Positions 1 through 11,244 of a stretch of DNA of 41,779 nucleotides are shown in pieces. Position numbers and translations under genes: made by a program. The notes under the pieces are model-generated. The model made no database searches. It had not been told where the DNA came from and was given only the letters and a program-made list of their open reading frames with translations. Source of the DNA: a virus (lineage: Duplodnaviria > Heunggongvirae > Uroviricota > Caudoviricetes); the IMG/VR virus record IMGVR_UViG_2721755647_000004; one strand, written 5' to 3'. How positions within the stretch are numbered: the first letter of the stretch is position 1; every line of letters starts with the position of its first letter.

Positions 1-91
1 CACAACATCCGAGAACAGCAACACCCGATACTTTTTCCTGGCTTCCAGCAACGGGGTTTCTTCCTCCGTTGCATATACAGCTCACCTTTTT

Positions 92-385
92 TCACCCACG
101 ATTAACCAACAGCCAGACCAGCAGACACGCCACCACCGGCACAGCAAAATCCATCAGGCTTGCCACATCCCAAGCACGCGGATCAAAACCGCCCCACCAC
201 GGCATATTCATTCGCTTGCCATGCCCGAACATTTCAATCCAGCGATATTCTGCCTGGGTATGTTCACGCGCAATGAAGAACGTACAACCGGCTATCGCTC
301 CGTAAGCCCAGTTTCCGGTAAAAAGACCAACCAGTATCTGCGCAGCCACAGCACAAAGTGCATGAAGTAAGGGGCTTATATCCAT
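92..385 (-). CDS. hypothetical small membrane protein at the distal end of the tail-fibre region
   Basis: Complete 97-aa ORF with two hydrophobic stretches (AVAAQILVGLF; VPVVACLLVWLLV). No family recognised. Confidence 0.35.
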   Translation of the reverse strand: MDISPLLHALCAVAAQILVGLFTGNWAYGAIAGCTFFIAREHTQAEYRWIEMFGHGKRMNMPWWGGFDPRAWDVASLMDFAVPVVACLLVWLLVNRG

Positions 386-397
386 TATTTCCTCCTT

Positions 398-676
398 TCA
401 GCTCCATTCCCGAAGCGGTGTTTCCAGCTCCACGACATAATCAGAGAATACAGAAACATCAAACAAGTCATCAAGAATGCGAATGTTGACAAAATAACCA
501 TCATTCCGGATACAGACAGGTTCTCCCTCTTCTGTTACCCCTGTTTCTGTGTAGGTGAAACCAATTTCATCAACTAACAGTTTATTCTGGAGGTCTTCAT
601 CTTCCGCCCAGCCAAGAGATGACAGGAAGGCCTTAAACTGCAGTTTGTCATAAAACTTCAAAGTTAAATCTTTCAT
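398..676 (-). CDS. hypothetical acidic protein directly downstream of stf; possible tail-fibre chaperone or accessory protein
   Basis: 92-aa ORF whose start overlaps the stf stop (ATGA at 673..676). Sits where lambda has tfa but is half the size and not recognisably Tfa. Confidence 0.4.
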   Translation of the reverse strand: MKDLTLKFYDKLQFKAFLSSLGWAEDEDLQNKLLVDEIGFTYTETGVTEEGEPVCIRNDGYFVNIRILDDLFDVSVFSDYVVELETPLREWS

Positions 677-2739
677 ACGACCTCTTTTAATTGCCTGTCA
701 TTTAATTCTTTATGCCATATGCGGAAATTGCGAATATGGCCAAACAGATGTCGTTCTCCAGTATTCGTCTGCCCTCCAAATCGGATATTTTTATCAGCGG
801 TCACGCCATTATATTCACAATAAACTTCATTAACCGCTTTACCATTTGTCACCACATGAAAGTAACCATCAGCTTTTGCAATACATCCAAATGTGGTTTT
901 CTCTGCAAATACATCTGTCGCTGCGCTATTAACATACGAGCCTGAAGGGTTTGACAGACTCATATATAACTTACCACTACCTCTGTTGATTGCTGCAATT
1001 GCTGATTGCCCGGTATTGGCTGCTGCTATATCCCACACGCGGGGTGCGGCGTTTGGTGCAATATCCCAGTTTTTATGAATCTCAAGTGAAAAAGTAAATG
1101 GTAACTTATAAAGATTATTTCTGGTGGGGATACTAACCAAATCACTGGCTCTTGTCGTTGCGCTGCCTCCTGAAATAATAAATGATGATACACACGGCCC
1201 ATTCTCTACTTGTGGGGTGGCAAGATAAATATAGTCACCAGATACTGTTGCCCCACCCCGCTCAGGAGAATACTGTATCTGAGAGCCTATTTTTAACTCA
1301 CCATCAATTGCCTGAATCGTTGCCTCTGCAAAAATCCAGCCTGTGGTCTTATCCTTCCTGACTCGTGCCGTAATTCTGCCGGCAGCACCACCTGTCATAT
1401 TAATTTCAAGCGTTTGCGTATCAATGTACGCATCGCCAAGAAAAGTTGTTGCACTACCATCATACTTATCAAACCGTATACGTAACCTTACCTGTCGTTC
1501 TGTTTTAAAACGGCATGAGGTTGTCACGTACTTATTATCGCCTGAGACATCAACTGACTTTGTTGCAGCAATTGATGCCATATTAATAGCCGAAGTTTGC
1601 CCAACCAGAGAATCGTTGCAGACAAACTTTCCATAAGTAAAACCAAAACTATCCGTCCCGGTTTCGGGCACATCCATGTTTGATGACTTCCCCCAGCTGG
1701 CTGGACTTTCCGAATTGAGCATGTAGTTCGTTCTTTGTCCCTCAATAAGCAGGCCATCACACTCAAATCGCGGCTCATTAATTTCCGCCGTTTTCAGTTC
1801 GCCAGATTTGTTGATATATGTTGCCGTTGATGCGCGACTGAAATTAACCTGTTTATCACTGGCGACCTGAACCACATCGTCACCAATAGCTATTTTTTTA
1901 TAGCCCGGAGAAAAACCCGCAATCATATCCAGTGAATCGTTAAACGGTATCCACACATCAGGCAGCGGCGGCACTATATTCGCATAGGGCTCTGCAGTCA
2001 CTTCCGCTGCGGCTTCTGCGCGGTCTGCCGCCTTTTCAGCTCGTGTCGCTGCCGACAGAGCCTCATCCTTTTTCTGCCCGGCCTTTGTTGCGTCTGCTGC
2101 AGCCTCCCGCGCTTTTGTGGTGGCGACTCCGGCATTTTCAGCGGCTGACTCTGCATTACGGCGGGAAGCCTCTTCACTGTCTGCGGAGGCTTCTTCTGAC
2201 GCACGGGCATTTGTCTCTGAACGTTCTGCCGCTGTTGCTGCGTTTTGTGCGGCTGTTTTTGAAGAAGCTGCCGCTTTCGCGCTGTTACCTGCATTCGTCT
2301 CTGATGTTTTCGCCGCGTTCCTGGACGATGCCGCTGCTGTTTCTGATTTCTTTGCTGCCGCTGCGCTCTGAGAGGCGGCTTCAGCGTTGCGTGCCACATC
2401 CTCCACCATTACCTCAAAACGACGCAATGCCTCCGGCATGACATCCTCTTCCGTCATGGCACCCAGAAAATCATTCAGCGTCCCCGGCTTAGAATCCTCA
2501 TACACGGTGATGGTCCCGGCATGTGAAGGCGGAAAACCTTCAACCAGCAGGATAACGCTGTACTGGCCATACTCGACATCCATGCTGTAACGTCCGGCTT
2601 CATCCGGATTTTCTGAGGCCACCGTGTTCACCACAACCGTGGTGCTGTTACGTTTTGCTTTGAGCTGAATGGTGCAGTTCTGTATCGGTTTTCCTGCACC
2701 GTCTTTCAGCACGCCTGAAATCTGTACTGCCATATTCAC
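673..2739 (-). CDS. stf: side tail fibre protein Stf
   Basis: N-terminal ~115 aa (MAVQISGVLKDGAGKPIQNCTIQLKAKRNSTTVVVNTV...) match lambda Stf from memory. Central Ala/Ser/Glu-rich repeat region; C-terminal domain not recognised. Confidence 0.8.
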   Translation of the reverse strand: MNMAVQISGVLKDGAGKPIQNCTIQLKAKRNSTTVVVNTVASENPDEAGRYSMDVEYGQYSVILLVEGFPPSHAGTITVYEDSKPGTLNDFLGAMTEEDVMPEALRRFEVMVEDVARNAEAASQSAAAAKKSETAAASSRNAAKTSETNAGNSAKAAASSKTAAQNAATAAERSETNARASEEASADSEEASRRNAESAAENAGVATTKAREAAADATKAGQKKDEALSAATRAEKAADRAEAAAEVTAEPYANIVPPLPDVWIPFNDSLDMIAGFSPGYKKIAIGDDVVQVASDKQVNFSRASTATYINKSGELKTAEINEPRFECDGLLIEGQRTNYMLNSESPASWGKSSNMDVPETGTDSFGFTYGKFVCNDSLVGQTSAINMASIAATKSVDVSGDNKYVTTSCRFKTERQVRLRIRFDKYDGSATTFLGDAYIDTQTLEINMTGGAAGRITARVRKDKTTGWIFAEATIQAIDGELKIGSQIQYSPERGGATVSGDYIYLATPQVENGPCVSSFIISGGSATTRASDLVSIPTRNNLYKLPFTFSLEIHKNWDIAPNAAPRVWDIAAANTGQSAIAAINRGSGKLYMSLSNPSGSYVNSAATDVFAEKTTFGCIAKADGYFHVVTNGKAVNEVYCEYNGVTADKNIRFGGQTNTGERHLFGHIRNFRIWHKELNDRQLKEVV

Positions 2740-2791
2740 TCCACAAATAAAAAAGGCGCCATTTCTGGCACCCGTATCTGGGTTATAAAAT

Positions 2792-5700
2792 TCAACTGAT
2801 ACTGATACCAGCTGTAGATTTCTTCATCACAACAACAAGAAGGTCGCTGATACTGGTCGTTGGCGTCCAGTTATTAGCACCATATGAAGAAACATTGAAA
2901 GTCAGGGTGACATGGCCGTGTCCGGCAGGCATATCAATGACTGATGAAAATACCCTGCTGACATCCGTCGCGGGTTGCTGAAAGATTTCCTGTCCGTTCT
3001 TCAGCACCTGCAGCTTACAGGTTGAATACCAGTATGACTGTTGGTTGTTGCTGTTGAAGTTTTCATGCTTACCACCGCGAAACAGAACGGGGGGGATTAC
3101 TATCTGACGGTCAAAAGCCTGGTCATCGTACACAGTGACCGTTATTGTACCGCTGGCATAACTGCCATTTCTCGGAAAGGCTTTTCCCACCGTTTTGACA
3201 ATATCACCTTCAATCTGGTTGGCTGACAGTTTTCCCAGAATCCGACAGTTCTGATTAATCGTGACGTTGTTGAGCGTCCCGGAGTTCGCGTTCACGTTAC
3301 CGCTGATATCCGCATTTTTCGCAGAAAGTCGACCATCAGGTGTCAGTGAAAACGTTGGGGGATTGCCACCGCTGGTAATGGTGGGAGCCGTCAGATATTT
3401 CAGGAACACTTCGTTCATGAATATCTGATCGCCCTGCCCAACAAACATCGGCTTTGTGTTGCCATTCGCAGGATTAATCATCGCAATCCTGTCCGCCGCC
3501 AGCAGCACCTGACTCTGCATACCGTCAGGAGTATTCTCAATACCGGCACCAATACCCGCGATATAAAGGCGTCCGTCCTGCATCTGCTGCAGCTTCACAG
3601 CCCACATGCTGTTCAGGTTATTATTTGTATCAACCTGAACCTTCTGTATCTGCTGGATCGCTGCACTCTGGTCTTCCAGTTTCTTATTGACGGTCTGCGT
3701 GATTTCATTGCTGACACCCGTAATGGACGTCCTGATTTCAGCCAGGTCAGGCGCAAGCTGACCGTTATCAATCTGCGTCCACAACTCCTGAGCCAGATGG
3801 GTTTTCCCTATCTCTCCTTTGAAAAAATTCAGATAGCCGGATGCATCATCACTCGGCTGGCCAACAGCCTCCACAAATGCCGATTTGCCAACGGTGTTCA
3901 CACTGCGGATGTAAAAATAATAATCATGGCCCGGTTTGATATTGATACTGGCGGCTATCCAGTACAGCGCCGTGCCAAGATAGCGTGCTGTGGTTTCAAC
4001 CTGCCTGATATCCGCAATCCGCTTTTCCGAGAACCAGAACTCAAACTGTACCGTCGGATCATAAACCGCAAGATGCGGCGTGGCGGTTATCTGAAAATAC
4101 CCCGGTGTCAGCTCAATCTGCGACGGCGCTGCCGGTGCGGCAATCCGGAACGATACCGATGCCGGATCGCCCTGCTGCCCCCACGCATTTACTGCCCGGA
4201 CTGTCAGCCTGTAGTTCCCCAGCGCCAGTTGTGTGAAGCGGTATGTGGTTTCCGCCGTCCGGGCTGTGCTGACCAGCCGCTCACTGCCGTCATCCGCTGC
4301 CACGGTCAGGCGAAGCATGAAACTCACGCCCTTCACCACCTTCGGCGTGTCCCAGCGGGCCAGTACCTGATACTCCCCGCTGTCTGCGGTGACTTCGGCA
4401 GTCAGGTGCTGCACTGCTGGCGGCGTGACACCATTCACCGTGCCGCTCTGGTCGCCGTCAAAGTGCGCCCCGTTATCCACGATGGCTTCTTTTTCCGGTA
4501 CATGCTGCACGGCGGTGATGGCATACGTGCCGTCGTCGTTCTCACGGATACTCACGCAGCGGAACAGGCGCTGGCGCAGCGTCGGCAGCTTCAGCCCCCA
4601 CACGCTGTATCCGGCAACGCCGTCAGGAACACGGCTAACTTTCACCTTCACGCCGTCGGTGACGGACTGGACCTCCACGCTGACCGGATTGCCATTTCCG
4701 TCAACCAGGCTTATCAGCGTGGTGCCGGAGGATGGCAGCATGATTTCACGGTCGAGCGTCAGTGTCCGCGCCTGGCTGTTCACCGCCAGCACGCGCCCGC
4801 CGATGCTGATACCCGCATAGTCATCATCGCAGATTTCAATGACATCGCCCGGTACATGGCGAAGCCCTTCTGCGCCCACGCTGAAGTCCACGGTCTGCGT
4901 TTCCAGCAGCTCCGTTTTAATCAGCCACAGCCCGGCGCGGTGTGCCTGCCCCCGACTGGTACAGCCAAAGGCATCCATCTTCGTGACGTTACGACCGTAA
5001 CGGGCAATGGCCTGCGTGTCCTCCACAAGCTCTGTCGCCGTCTCCCAGCCGTTATCCGGGTCAATCCAGTTCACCTCAACGGCATTATGGCGGTCTTTCA
5101 GGGCGCTGAAGCTGTAGCGGAACGGCGCACCATCATCCGGCATCACCACATTACTGCAGTTATAGGTCCACACCTTATCCGATGGTCGGTCCTGCACGAA
5201 TGTCAGCGTCTGTCCGTTCCATACCGGCATACAGCGCATCGCCGAGCAGAAATCACTGAGCACATCCCACGCCTTACGCTGTGTGGTCAGCCAGGCATTA
5301 CAGGTGATGCGCGGCTCCGTGCCACCAAAGCCATCCGGCACCGACTGGTCGCAATTCTGGCCGATGACATACAGCGCCCATTTGTCCACATCCGCCGCAC
5401 CGAGACGTTTCCCCATGCCGTAGCGCGGATGGGTCAGCATATCCCACAGACACCAGGCCATGTTGTTGCTGTATGCTGGCTTAAACGTTCCGTCCCAGAT
5501 ACCGCTGTATTGCCGCGTCTGCGGGTTATAGTTCGACGGCACCTGCAGAATGCGCCCGCGAAGATGATAATTACGGCTCACCTGCTGACTGCCGAACTGT
5601 TCCGAGTCCACCTGCACGCCGACCAGTGCCGTGTTCGGGTAGCACTGTTTCACATCGATGATTTCGGTGTATGACGACCAGAGCGTTTTGTTCTGCAGCT

Positions 5701-6274
5701 GGTCTGTGGTGCTGTCCGGCGTCATCCTGCGCATCCGGATATTAAACGGGCGCGGCGGCAGGTTACCCACCACCACCGAGGCCAGATACTGCGAGGTGGT
5801 TTTGCCCTTAATGGTGATGTCTTTTTCCGTCACCCAGCCACCGTTACGCTGTATCTGAACCAGCAGGCGGACTTCCGACGGATTCCTGTCCCCCTTTGAG
5901 GTGGTTTCCACCAGTGTCTGCACGCCGAAAGTAAAACGCAGACGGTCAATGTTTGCCGACGTGATGGTCCGGGTGATCGGCGTGTCATATTTCACTTCTG
6001 TACCGAGCACCGTCTCGGAACCGGAGGATTCAAACCCCTCCGGCGGAGTCTGCTCCTGCTCACCTGCCCGGAACACCACCGTGACACCGGATATGTTGGT
6101 ATTCCCCTCAGTGTCCAGCACCGGCGTACTGTTCAGCAGCACGCTTTTTAATCCATCCACCGGACCTTCAACCGGCCCTTCGCTGATGGCATCGATCACA
6201 CTCAGCAACTGCGTGGACTTCAGGTTGTCCTTCGCTTCGCGCGGGGTATGCCCCTTACTGCTGCCTTTACCCAT
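2792..6274 (-). CDS. J: tail tip host-specificity protein J
   Basis: 1160-aa ORF following I in lambda order; size and position match lambda J (1132 aa). Confidence 0.9.
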   Translation of the reverse strand: MGKGSSKGHTPREAKDNLKSTQLLSVIDAISEGPVEGPVDGLKSVLLNSTPVLDTEGNTNISGVTVVFRAGEQEQTPPEGFESSGSETVLGTEVKYDTPITRTITSANIDRLRFTFGVQTLVETTSKGDRNPSEVRLLVQIQRNGGWVTEKDITIKGKTTSQYLASVVVGNLPPRPFNIRMRRMTPDSTTDQLQNKTLWSSYTEIIDVKQCYPNTALVGVQVDSEQFGSQQVSRNYHLRGRILQVPSNYNPQTRQYSGIWDGTFKPAYSNNMAWCLWDMLTHPRYGMGKRLGAADVDKWALYVIGQNCDQSVPDGFGGTEPRITCNAWLTTQRKAWDVLSDFCSAMRCMPVWNGQTLTFVQDRPSDKVWTYNCSNVVMPDDGAPFRYSFSALKDRHNAVEVNWIDPDNGWETATELVEDTQAIARYGRNVTKMDAFGCTSRGQAHRAGLWLIKTELLETQTVDFSVGAEGLRHVPGDVIEICDDDYAGISIGGRVLAVNSQARTLTLDREIMLPSSGTTLISLVDGNGNPVSVEVQSVTDGVKVKVSRVPDGVAGYSVWGLKLPTLRQRLFRCVSIRENDDGTYAITAVQHVPEKEAIVDNGAHFDGDQSGTVNGVTPPAVQHLTAEVTADSGEYQVLARWDTPKVVKGVSFMLRLTVAADDGSERLVSTARTAETTYRFTQLALGNYRLTVRAVNAWGQQGDPASVSFRIAAPAAPSQIELTPGYFQITATPHLAVYDPTVQFEFWFSEKRIADIRQVETTARYLGTALYWIAASINIKPGHDYYFYIRSVNTVGKSAFVEAVGQPSDDASGYLNFFKGEIGKTHLAQELWTQIDNGQLAPDLAEIRTSITGVSNEITQTVNKKLEDQSAAIQQIQKVQVDTNNNLNSMWAVKLQQMQDGRLYIAGIGAGIENTPDGMQSQVLLAADRIAMINPANGNTKPMFVGQGDQIFMNEVFLKYLTAPTITSGGNPPTFSLTPDGRLSAKNADISGNVNANSGTLNNVTINQNCRILGKLSANQIEGDIVKTVGKAFPRNGSYASGTITVTVYDDQAFDRQIVIPPVLFRGGKHENFNSNNQQSYWYSTCKLQVLKNGQEIFQQPATDVSRVFSSVIDMPAGHGHVTLTFNVSSYGANNWTPTTSISDLLVVVMKKSTAGISIS

Positions 6275-6334
6275 TCCTCACGCTCCGTAAACGACAAAAC
6301 CGCCCGCAGGCGGTTTCACATAAAACATTTTGCA

Positions 6335-7006
6335 TCAGCGACCAATCACCACAACCTGACCACCGTCCCCTTCGTCTGCCGTGCTGATCTCCTGAGAAAC
6401 CACGCGTGACCCCACGCGCATTTCACCGTACAGAACGGGCAGAACATTGCCCTGGGCAACCATGTTATCCAGTGAGGAGAAATAGGTGTTCTGTTTGCCG
6501 TTATCCGTTGTCTGTGTACGGGGAGTTCTGGCTTTCGGTGCCAGCATCTGCGCCACACCACCGAGCACCATACTGGCACCGAGAGAAAACAGGATGCCGG
6601 TCATACCACCGGCCCCAATGGCTGCCCCCCATGCTGCAAGGGTGGCTCCGGCGGTAAAGAATGATCCGGCAATGGCGGCAGCCCCCAGGACAATCTGGAA
6701 TACGCCACCTGACTTGGCCCCGGCGACTCTGGGAACAATATGAATCACAGCGCCATCAGGCAGAGTCTCATGTAACTGCGCCGTTAACCCGGACGTGCTG
6801 ACGTCCCGCCCGGCAATCCGTACCTGATACCAGCCGTCGCTCAGTTTCTGACGAAACACCGGGAGCTGTGTGGCCAGTGCGCGGATGGCTTCAGCCCCCG
6901 TTTTCACACGAAGGTCGATGCGGCGGCCAAATCGTTGCAAATCCCCGTAAAGGCAGATGCGCGCCATGCCCGGTGACGCCAGAGGGAGTGTGTGCGTCGC
7001 TGCCAT
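6335..7006 (-). CDS. I: tail assembly protein I
   Basis: 223 aa, the same length as lambda I; N-terminus MAATHTLPLASPGMARICLYGDLQRFGRR. Confidence 0.9.
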   Translation of the reverse strand: MAATHTLPLASPGMARICLYGDLQRFGRRIDLRVKTGAEAIRALATQLPVFRQKLSDGWYQVRIAGRDVSTSGLTAQLHETLPDGAVIHIVPRVAGAKSGGVFQIVLGAAAIAGSFFTAGATLAAWGAAIGAGGMTGILFSLGASMVLGGVAQMLAPKARTPRTQTTDNGKQNTYFSSLDNMVAQGNVLPVLYGEMRVGSRVVSQEISTADEGDGGQVVVIGR

Positions 7007-7647
7007 TTGTCGGTATACCTCTCTCGTTTGCTCAGTTGTTCAGGAATATGGTGCAGCAGCTCGCCATCACCACAGTAAATGGCGGCATGATTCGGCACCG
7101 ATGAACCAAAACAGCACAGCAGCACATCGCCCGGTTGTGCTGATGACAACGGCACCTGATACAGCCCTGTGGCCTCCAGATTATCCAGATAGAGATTCTG
7201 ACCGTGACGCCACCAGTCATCCTCGCGATGAAAATCCGGCATCTCAATCCCCGCCAGATGATAAGCATCCCGGAACAGCGTGTAACAGTCCGTCACCCCG
7301 TGCTCAAAGCGCCGCCCGGTGAGATGCGGCACACAGCGGAACTTATGAATCGCCCCCCGGCAGACCAGCCACCACGGCAAATCACTCTGCACCTGCAGCC
7401 GCCGGTCGGCCTCACTCAGCCAGGGCAGACCACCGGGGTGACTGTGGACCAGCGCCACAATCTCACCCTGCATTTCTGCCTGCAGCCAGTCTTCCGGCGA
7501 CATACGGAAATACGCCTCCGGCTCACCGGAGATATTCACGCAGGGGAAATATCTTTCCCCCTCCGGCGTGCTTACCACGAAGCCGCACGACTCCGCTGGC
7601 GCACATCGCCGGGCGTGCGCCAGAATCGCTGATTCTGTCTGTGTCAT
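6904..7647 (-). CDS. K: tail tip assembly protein K (MPN/JAMM-like HSHP motif plus NlpC/P60-like region)
   Basis: The ORF overlaps I by 103 nt, as K does in lambda. The 247-aa reading frame may be longer than the real protein: an internal Met at 7503 gives 199 aa, the lambda K length. Confidence 0.8.
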   Translation of the reverse strand: MTQTESAILAHARRCAPAESCGFVVSTPEGERYFPCVNISGEPEAYFRMSPEDWLQAEMQGEIVALVHSHPGGLPWLSEADRRLQVQSDLPWWLVCRGAIHKFRCVPHLTGRRFEHGVTDCYTLFRDAYHLAGIEMPDFHREDDWWRHGQNLYLDNLEATGLYQVPLSSAQPGDVLLCCFGSSVPNHAAIYCGDGELLHHIPEQLSKRERYTDKWQRRTHSLWRHRAWRASAFTGICNDLAAASTFV

Positions 7648-7652
7648 GGGAT

Positions 7653-8351
7653 TTACTGCGAAAGTTTGTTAATGGAAAGGAAGCCGCCAAAGTTGCCGAC
7701 GTTATTGCGAAACTTACAGCCACTCAGGCATTTGCTGCATTTATCCTTCGTGATATCGGACGTCGGCTGGTCATATTCATCCGCGACCGCCGGACCGCTA
7801 TAACCGCACTCATCACCGCGATAGGTCCAGGTGCAGGTGTTGGCCAGCATGATGCGCCCCGGAAAAACAGCACCATCCGTTTCCGTCGGCGTGGACAGTA
7901 CAAAAGAGGCACTCACCGCGCTCAGTTCGCTGCACTGCTCAATGCGCCAGCGGCTGATCACCTCCTGCTCCGGATCGGCGTCACTGTTTCCGTTGACGAA
8001 GTTCACCGCATCCAGAAAACGGGCGTAAACCTTACGCCTGACCACCGTTCCGCCGACCAGACTCTGCAGATCTTCCGCCATCCCGGTGACCATACCGTAC
8101 AGGTTAGAAACCGTCAGCGTGGGGCGCGTACTGGTGCCTTTGCCATTCAGTTCAAAACCACTCCCCTGAATGGGATACGGCTGATACTGTCGCCCCTGCC
8201 AGGTGACCGGCTCACCTTTTTCGTTCTGCTCATTACAGAAAAAATAACGTTCTCCACCGACCTCTGTCAGATCGATTTCCCAGAGCACCACGCTGGCCGA
8301 CTGCTCCGCACGGGTGCATTCATTCAGTGTTTCCTGCCGGATATCCTGCAT
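7653..8351 (-). CDS. L: minor tail protein L
   Basis: 232 aa, the same length and position as lambda L. Confidence 0.9.
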   Translation of the reverse strand: MQDIRQETLNECTRAEQSASVVLWEIDLTEVGGERYFFCNEQNEKGEPVTWQGRQYQPYPIQGSGFELNGKGTSTRPTLTVSNLYGMVTGMAEDLQSLVGGTVVRRKVYARFLDAVNFVNGNSDADPEQEVISRWRIEQCSELSAVSASFVLSTPTETDGAVFPGRIMLANTCTWTYRGDECGYSGPAVADEYDQPTSDITKDKCSKCLSGCKFRNNVGNFGGFLSINKLSQ

Positions 8352-8680
8352 CAGATCACCACCTGTTCAAACTCTGCGCTGAACTCAACACGCAGCATAC
8401 TGACCCGCGACGACCATTTTGCGCAGGTCACCTTTATCTGCCGCCACTCATAAGGCGGCGTCCACAGAAAGGCTTTCCAGCCCCCGTGCTCAGCCAGAAA
8501 CGACTCCAGCGCCGTGGCCTCCCAACGGGGAACAGAAAGCGTCACGCTGTACGTTTTCAGGTCGGCATTCAGCCCGGCAGGCGCTCGCTGGGAATAGCCA
8601 TCACCAAAGCGCACTTTCCTGACGGAAGGGGCCGAAGCCACATCCATACCGGGTTTCACTTTCCAGCGGAAGGTCTTCAT
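8351..8680 (-). CDS. M: minor tail protein M
   Basis: 109 aa, the same length and position as lambda M; overlaps the L start. Confidence 0.9.
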   Translation of the reverse strand: MKTFRWKVKPGMDVASAPSVRKVRFGDGYSQRAPAGLNADLKTYSVTLSVPRWEATALESFLAEHGGWKAFLWTPPYEWRQIKVTCAKWSSRVSMLRVEFSAEFEQVVI

Positions 8681-11244
8681 CGTCCACCTCCGGAGAACAG
8701 ACCACCATCGCGCATCTGTGCCTGAATTTCATCACGGGCACCCTTGCGGGCCATGTCATACACTGCCTTCAGCATCTGTGGACCTGGCAGACCATTCGTA
8801 CCGTCGTTCTGAATCACCACGTTGTTGTTCTGCTCAAATCTGATACCCTCTGAACGCCGCATTTGCGCCGGACTTCCGGTGCCACCGACATAACCACCGG
8901 TGGCATAGCCGCGCATCAGCCGGTAAAGATTTCCTACGCCAATCCGGCTGGTTGCCTCCTTCGTGAAGACAAATTCACCACGGTGAACAATCCCCGCTGG
9001 CTCATATTTGCCGCCGGTTCCCGTAAATCCTCCGGTCGCAAAATGGAATTTCGCCGCAGCTGCCTGAATGGCTGTAACGCCTGACGCTGATGCGCCGCCG
9101 CCAATGGCGCTGCCGATACTTCCGACAATCCCCACCATTGCCTGCTTAAGCAGAATTTCTGTCATCATGGACAGCACGGAACGGGTGAAGCTGCGCCAGT
9201 TCTGCTCACTGCCGGTCAGCATCGCCGCCATATTCTGTGCAATGCCATCAAAGGTCTGCGTGGCAGCACTTTTTACCTGCGACATACTGTCCGTGGTGCT
9301 CTCTTCCCACTCACTCCAGCCGGACTTCAGGCCTGCCATCCAGCTCCCGCGAAGCTGGTCTTCAGCCGCCCAGGTCTTTTTCTGCTCTGACATGACGTTA
9401 TTCAGCGCCAGAGAATTATCGCCATACTGTTCCTTCAGGCGCTGTTCCGTGGCTTCCCGCGCTGCCTGCCGGTCAGTCAGCCCCCGGTTTTTTGCATCAA
9501 TGGCGGCCCGTTTTGCCCGTTGCTGCTGTGCGAATTTATCCGCCTGCTGTGCCAGCGCGTTCAGGTGCTCCTGATAGGTGACCTTGTCGCCAAGTGCAGC
9601 CAGCTGGCGTTTGTACTCCAGCGTCTCATCTTTATGCGCCAGCAGGGATTTCTCCTGTGCAGACAGCTGGCGACGTTGCGCCGCTTCCTTCAGTACCGCG
9701 AACTGACTCTCCGCCTTCCACAAATCCCGGCGCTGCTGGCTGATTTTCTCATTCGCTCCGGCATGCTTCTCCAGCGTCCGGAGTTCTGCCTGAAGCGTCA
9801 GCAGGGCGGCATGAGCACTGTCTTCCTGACGCTCTCCTGCAGACACCTTCACGCCGGACTGCTTCGGCTTTTTCAGTGTCGCTTCATAGTCCTTTTTCGC
9901 CGCCGCCATCAGCGTGTTGTAATCTGTCTGCAGGATTTTTCCGTCTTTCAGGGCCTTATTCAGTTCTTCCTGACGGGCGGTATATTTCTCCAGCGGCGTC
10001 TGCAGGCGTTCATAAGCCTTCTGCGCCTCTTCGGTATATTTCAGCCGTGATGCCTCAGACTCGGCCCAGTCCTTTGCTGCCATCTCTCTGGCCTTTTCAA
10101 GATCGGCCTGCAACGTGGCGGCTGAAAGCCCAAGTTGCGCATTCGCTCTGTCCTCCCATGCTCCCCGGAGATTAGCAAGAAATGCGGATGTTTTACCGCG
10201 CCGGTGGCTCCGGCTCTGATACCACTGCCATTTTTTGTCCGCCTCATCAAAAGCCTTTTCTGCTTTCTCCAGCATTTCCCGGGCAGTGTCCGGGCGACCA
10301 ATATCCAGCACCGAATCCCACATGGATTTGAATGCCCGCGCTGTCCTGTCTGCCCAGGTCTCCAGCGTGCCCATGTTCTCTTTCAGGCGGCGGGTCTGGT
10401 CATCAAACCCTTTCGTTGCGGCCTCGTTCGCCGCCTGCAATGCCCCGGCTTCATCTCCGGAACGCTGCAACTGAGCAACATACGCAATCTGCTCCGCCGT
10501 CACGTTATGGAACTGACGTGCCATCGCTGTCAGTCCCGACGTCGGGTCTGTGGTCAGCTTCCCGAAGGCTTCAGCGACCTTGTCCACCTCCACGCCGGAT
10601 GCAGAGGAGAAACGCGCCACACTCTGGCTGATCGCCTCAAACTGCTCACCACCACGCACACCTGCATTCACCAGCGCCGTCAGTGACTCGCTGGTCTGGT
10701 TAAACGTCAGCCCTGCCGCCTGCCCGGCTCTGGACAGGACCAGCATACGATCTGCCGTCAGTCCTGCCTGATTACCGGAAAGGACCAGCGTTTTATTGAA
10801 ACTGGACAGGGTTGAGTCCCCCTGATACCAGGCATACGCCAGCGCACCGGTCGCCACCGCCAGCGAGGTGGCCCCGACCATCGGCAGGGTGATCGCACCG
10901 GCAAGCCCCCTGAACATGGGGATCATCCCGCCGAAGGAGTCCTTCACCTGACCACCCTGTTGCAGCAGGATCAGCCACGGACTTTGCCCGCCTGCAAGCT
11001 GCGTGGCCACGTCGGTGAACTGCGCAGGCAGCATACGCATGGCAGCTTTATACTGCCCGACGGAAATCCCCGCTTTCTGTGCAGCCAGTGCCTGTCGGCT
11101 CAGCGACTGTTCAACGACTGCCGCTGTTTTTTTCGCATCACTTTCCGTACCGGAAAAATGACGCCTGACTCTGGCCATCTGCTCGTCAAATCTGGCCGCA
11201 TCCAGACTTAAATCAACGACCAGATCGCCTACCGGTTCAGCCAT
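8677..11244 (-). CDS. H: tail tape measure protein H
   Basis: 855 aa (lambda H is 853); starts MAEPVGDLVVDLSLDAARFDEQ as lambda H does. Confidence 0.95.
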   Translation of the reverse strand: MAEPVGDLVVDLSLDAARFDEQMARVRRHFSGTESDAKKTAAVVEQSLSRQALAAQKAGISVGQYKAAMRMLPAQFTDVATQLAGGQSPWLILLQQGGQVKDSFGGMIPMFRGLAGAITLPMVGATSLAVATGALAYAWYQGDSTLSSFNKTLVLSGNQAGLTADRMLVLSRAGQAAGLTFNQTSESLTALVNAGVRGGEQFEAISQSVARFSSASGVEVDKVAEAFGKLTTDPTSGLTAMARQFHNVTAEQIAYVAQLQRSGDEAGALQAANEAATKGFDDQTRRLKENMGTLETWADRTARAFKSMWDSVLDIGRPDTAREMLEKAEKAFDEADKKWQWYQSRSHRRGKTSAFLANLRGAWEDRANAQLGLSAATLQADLEKAREMAAKDWAESEASRLKYTEEAQKAYERLQTPLEKYTARQEELNKALKDGKILQTDYNTLMAAAKKDYEATLKKPKQSGVKVSAGERQEDSAHAALLTLQAELRTLEKHAGANEKISQQRRDLWKAESQFAVLKEAAQRRQLSAQEKSLLAHKDETLEYKRQLAALGDKVTYQEHLNALAQQADKFAQQQRAKRAAIDAKNRGLTDRQAAREATEQRLKEQYGDNSLALNNVMSEQKKTWAAEDQLRGSWMAGLKSGWSEWEESTTDSMSQVKSAATQTFDGIAQNMAAMLTGSEQNWRSFTRSVLSMMTEILLKQAMVGIVGSIGSAIGGGASASGVTAIQAAAAKFHFATGGFTGTGGKYEPAGIVHRGEFVFTKEATSRIGVGNLYRLMRGYATGGYVGGTGSPAQMRRSEGIRFEQNNNVVIQNDGTNGLPGPQMLKAVYDMARKGARDEIQAQMRDGGLFSGGGR

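Noticed and set aside
69-305. 78-aa plus-strand ORF
   Set aside because: Overlaps the more plausible minus-strand membrane-protein ORF (92..385); no start signal; kept out as a likely artefact.
1998-2441. Overlapping 132 to 133-aa ORFs on both strands inside stf
   Set aside because: Produced by the Ala/Ser-rich repetitive segment of stf, which stays open in several frames; low-complexity translations only.
3797-5674. 625-aa plus-strand ORF
   Set aside because: Lies entirely antisense to the well-supported J gene and is Arg/Pro/His-rich, typical of a spurious open frame opposite a GC-rich coding region.
7641-8453. 270-aa plus-strand ORF
   Set aside because: Antisense to tail genes L and M, which match lambda in length and position.
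9068-10686. Several plus-strand ORFs of 99 to 183 aa
   Set aside because: All antisense to tape measure gene H; no start context and low-complexity translations.
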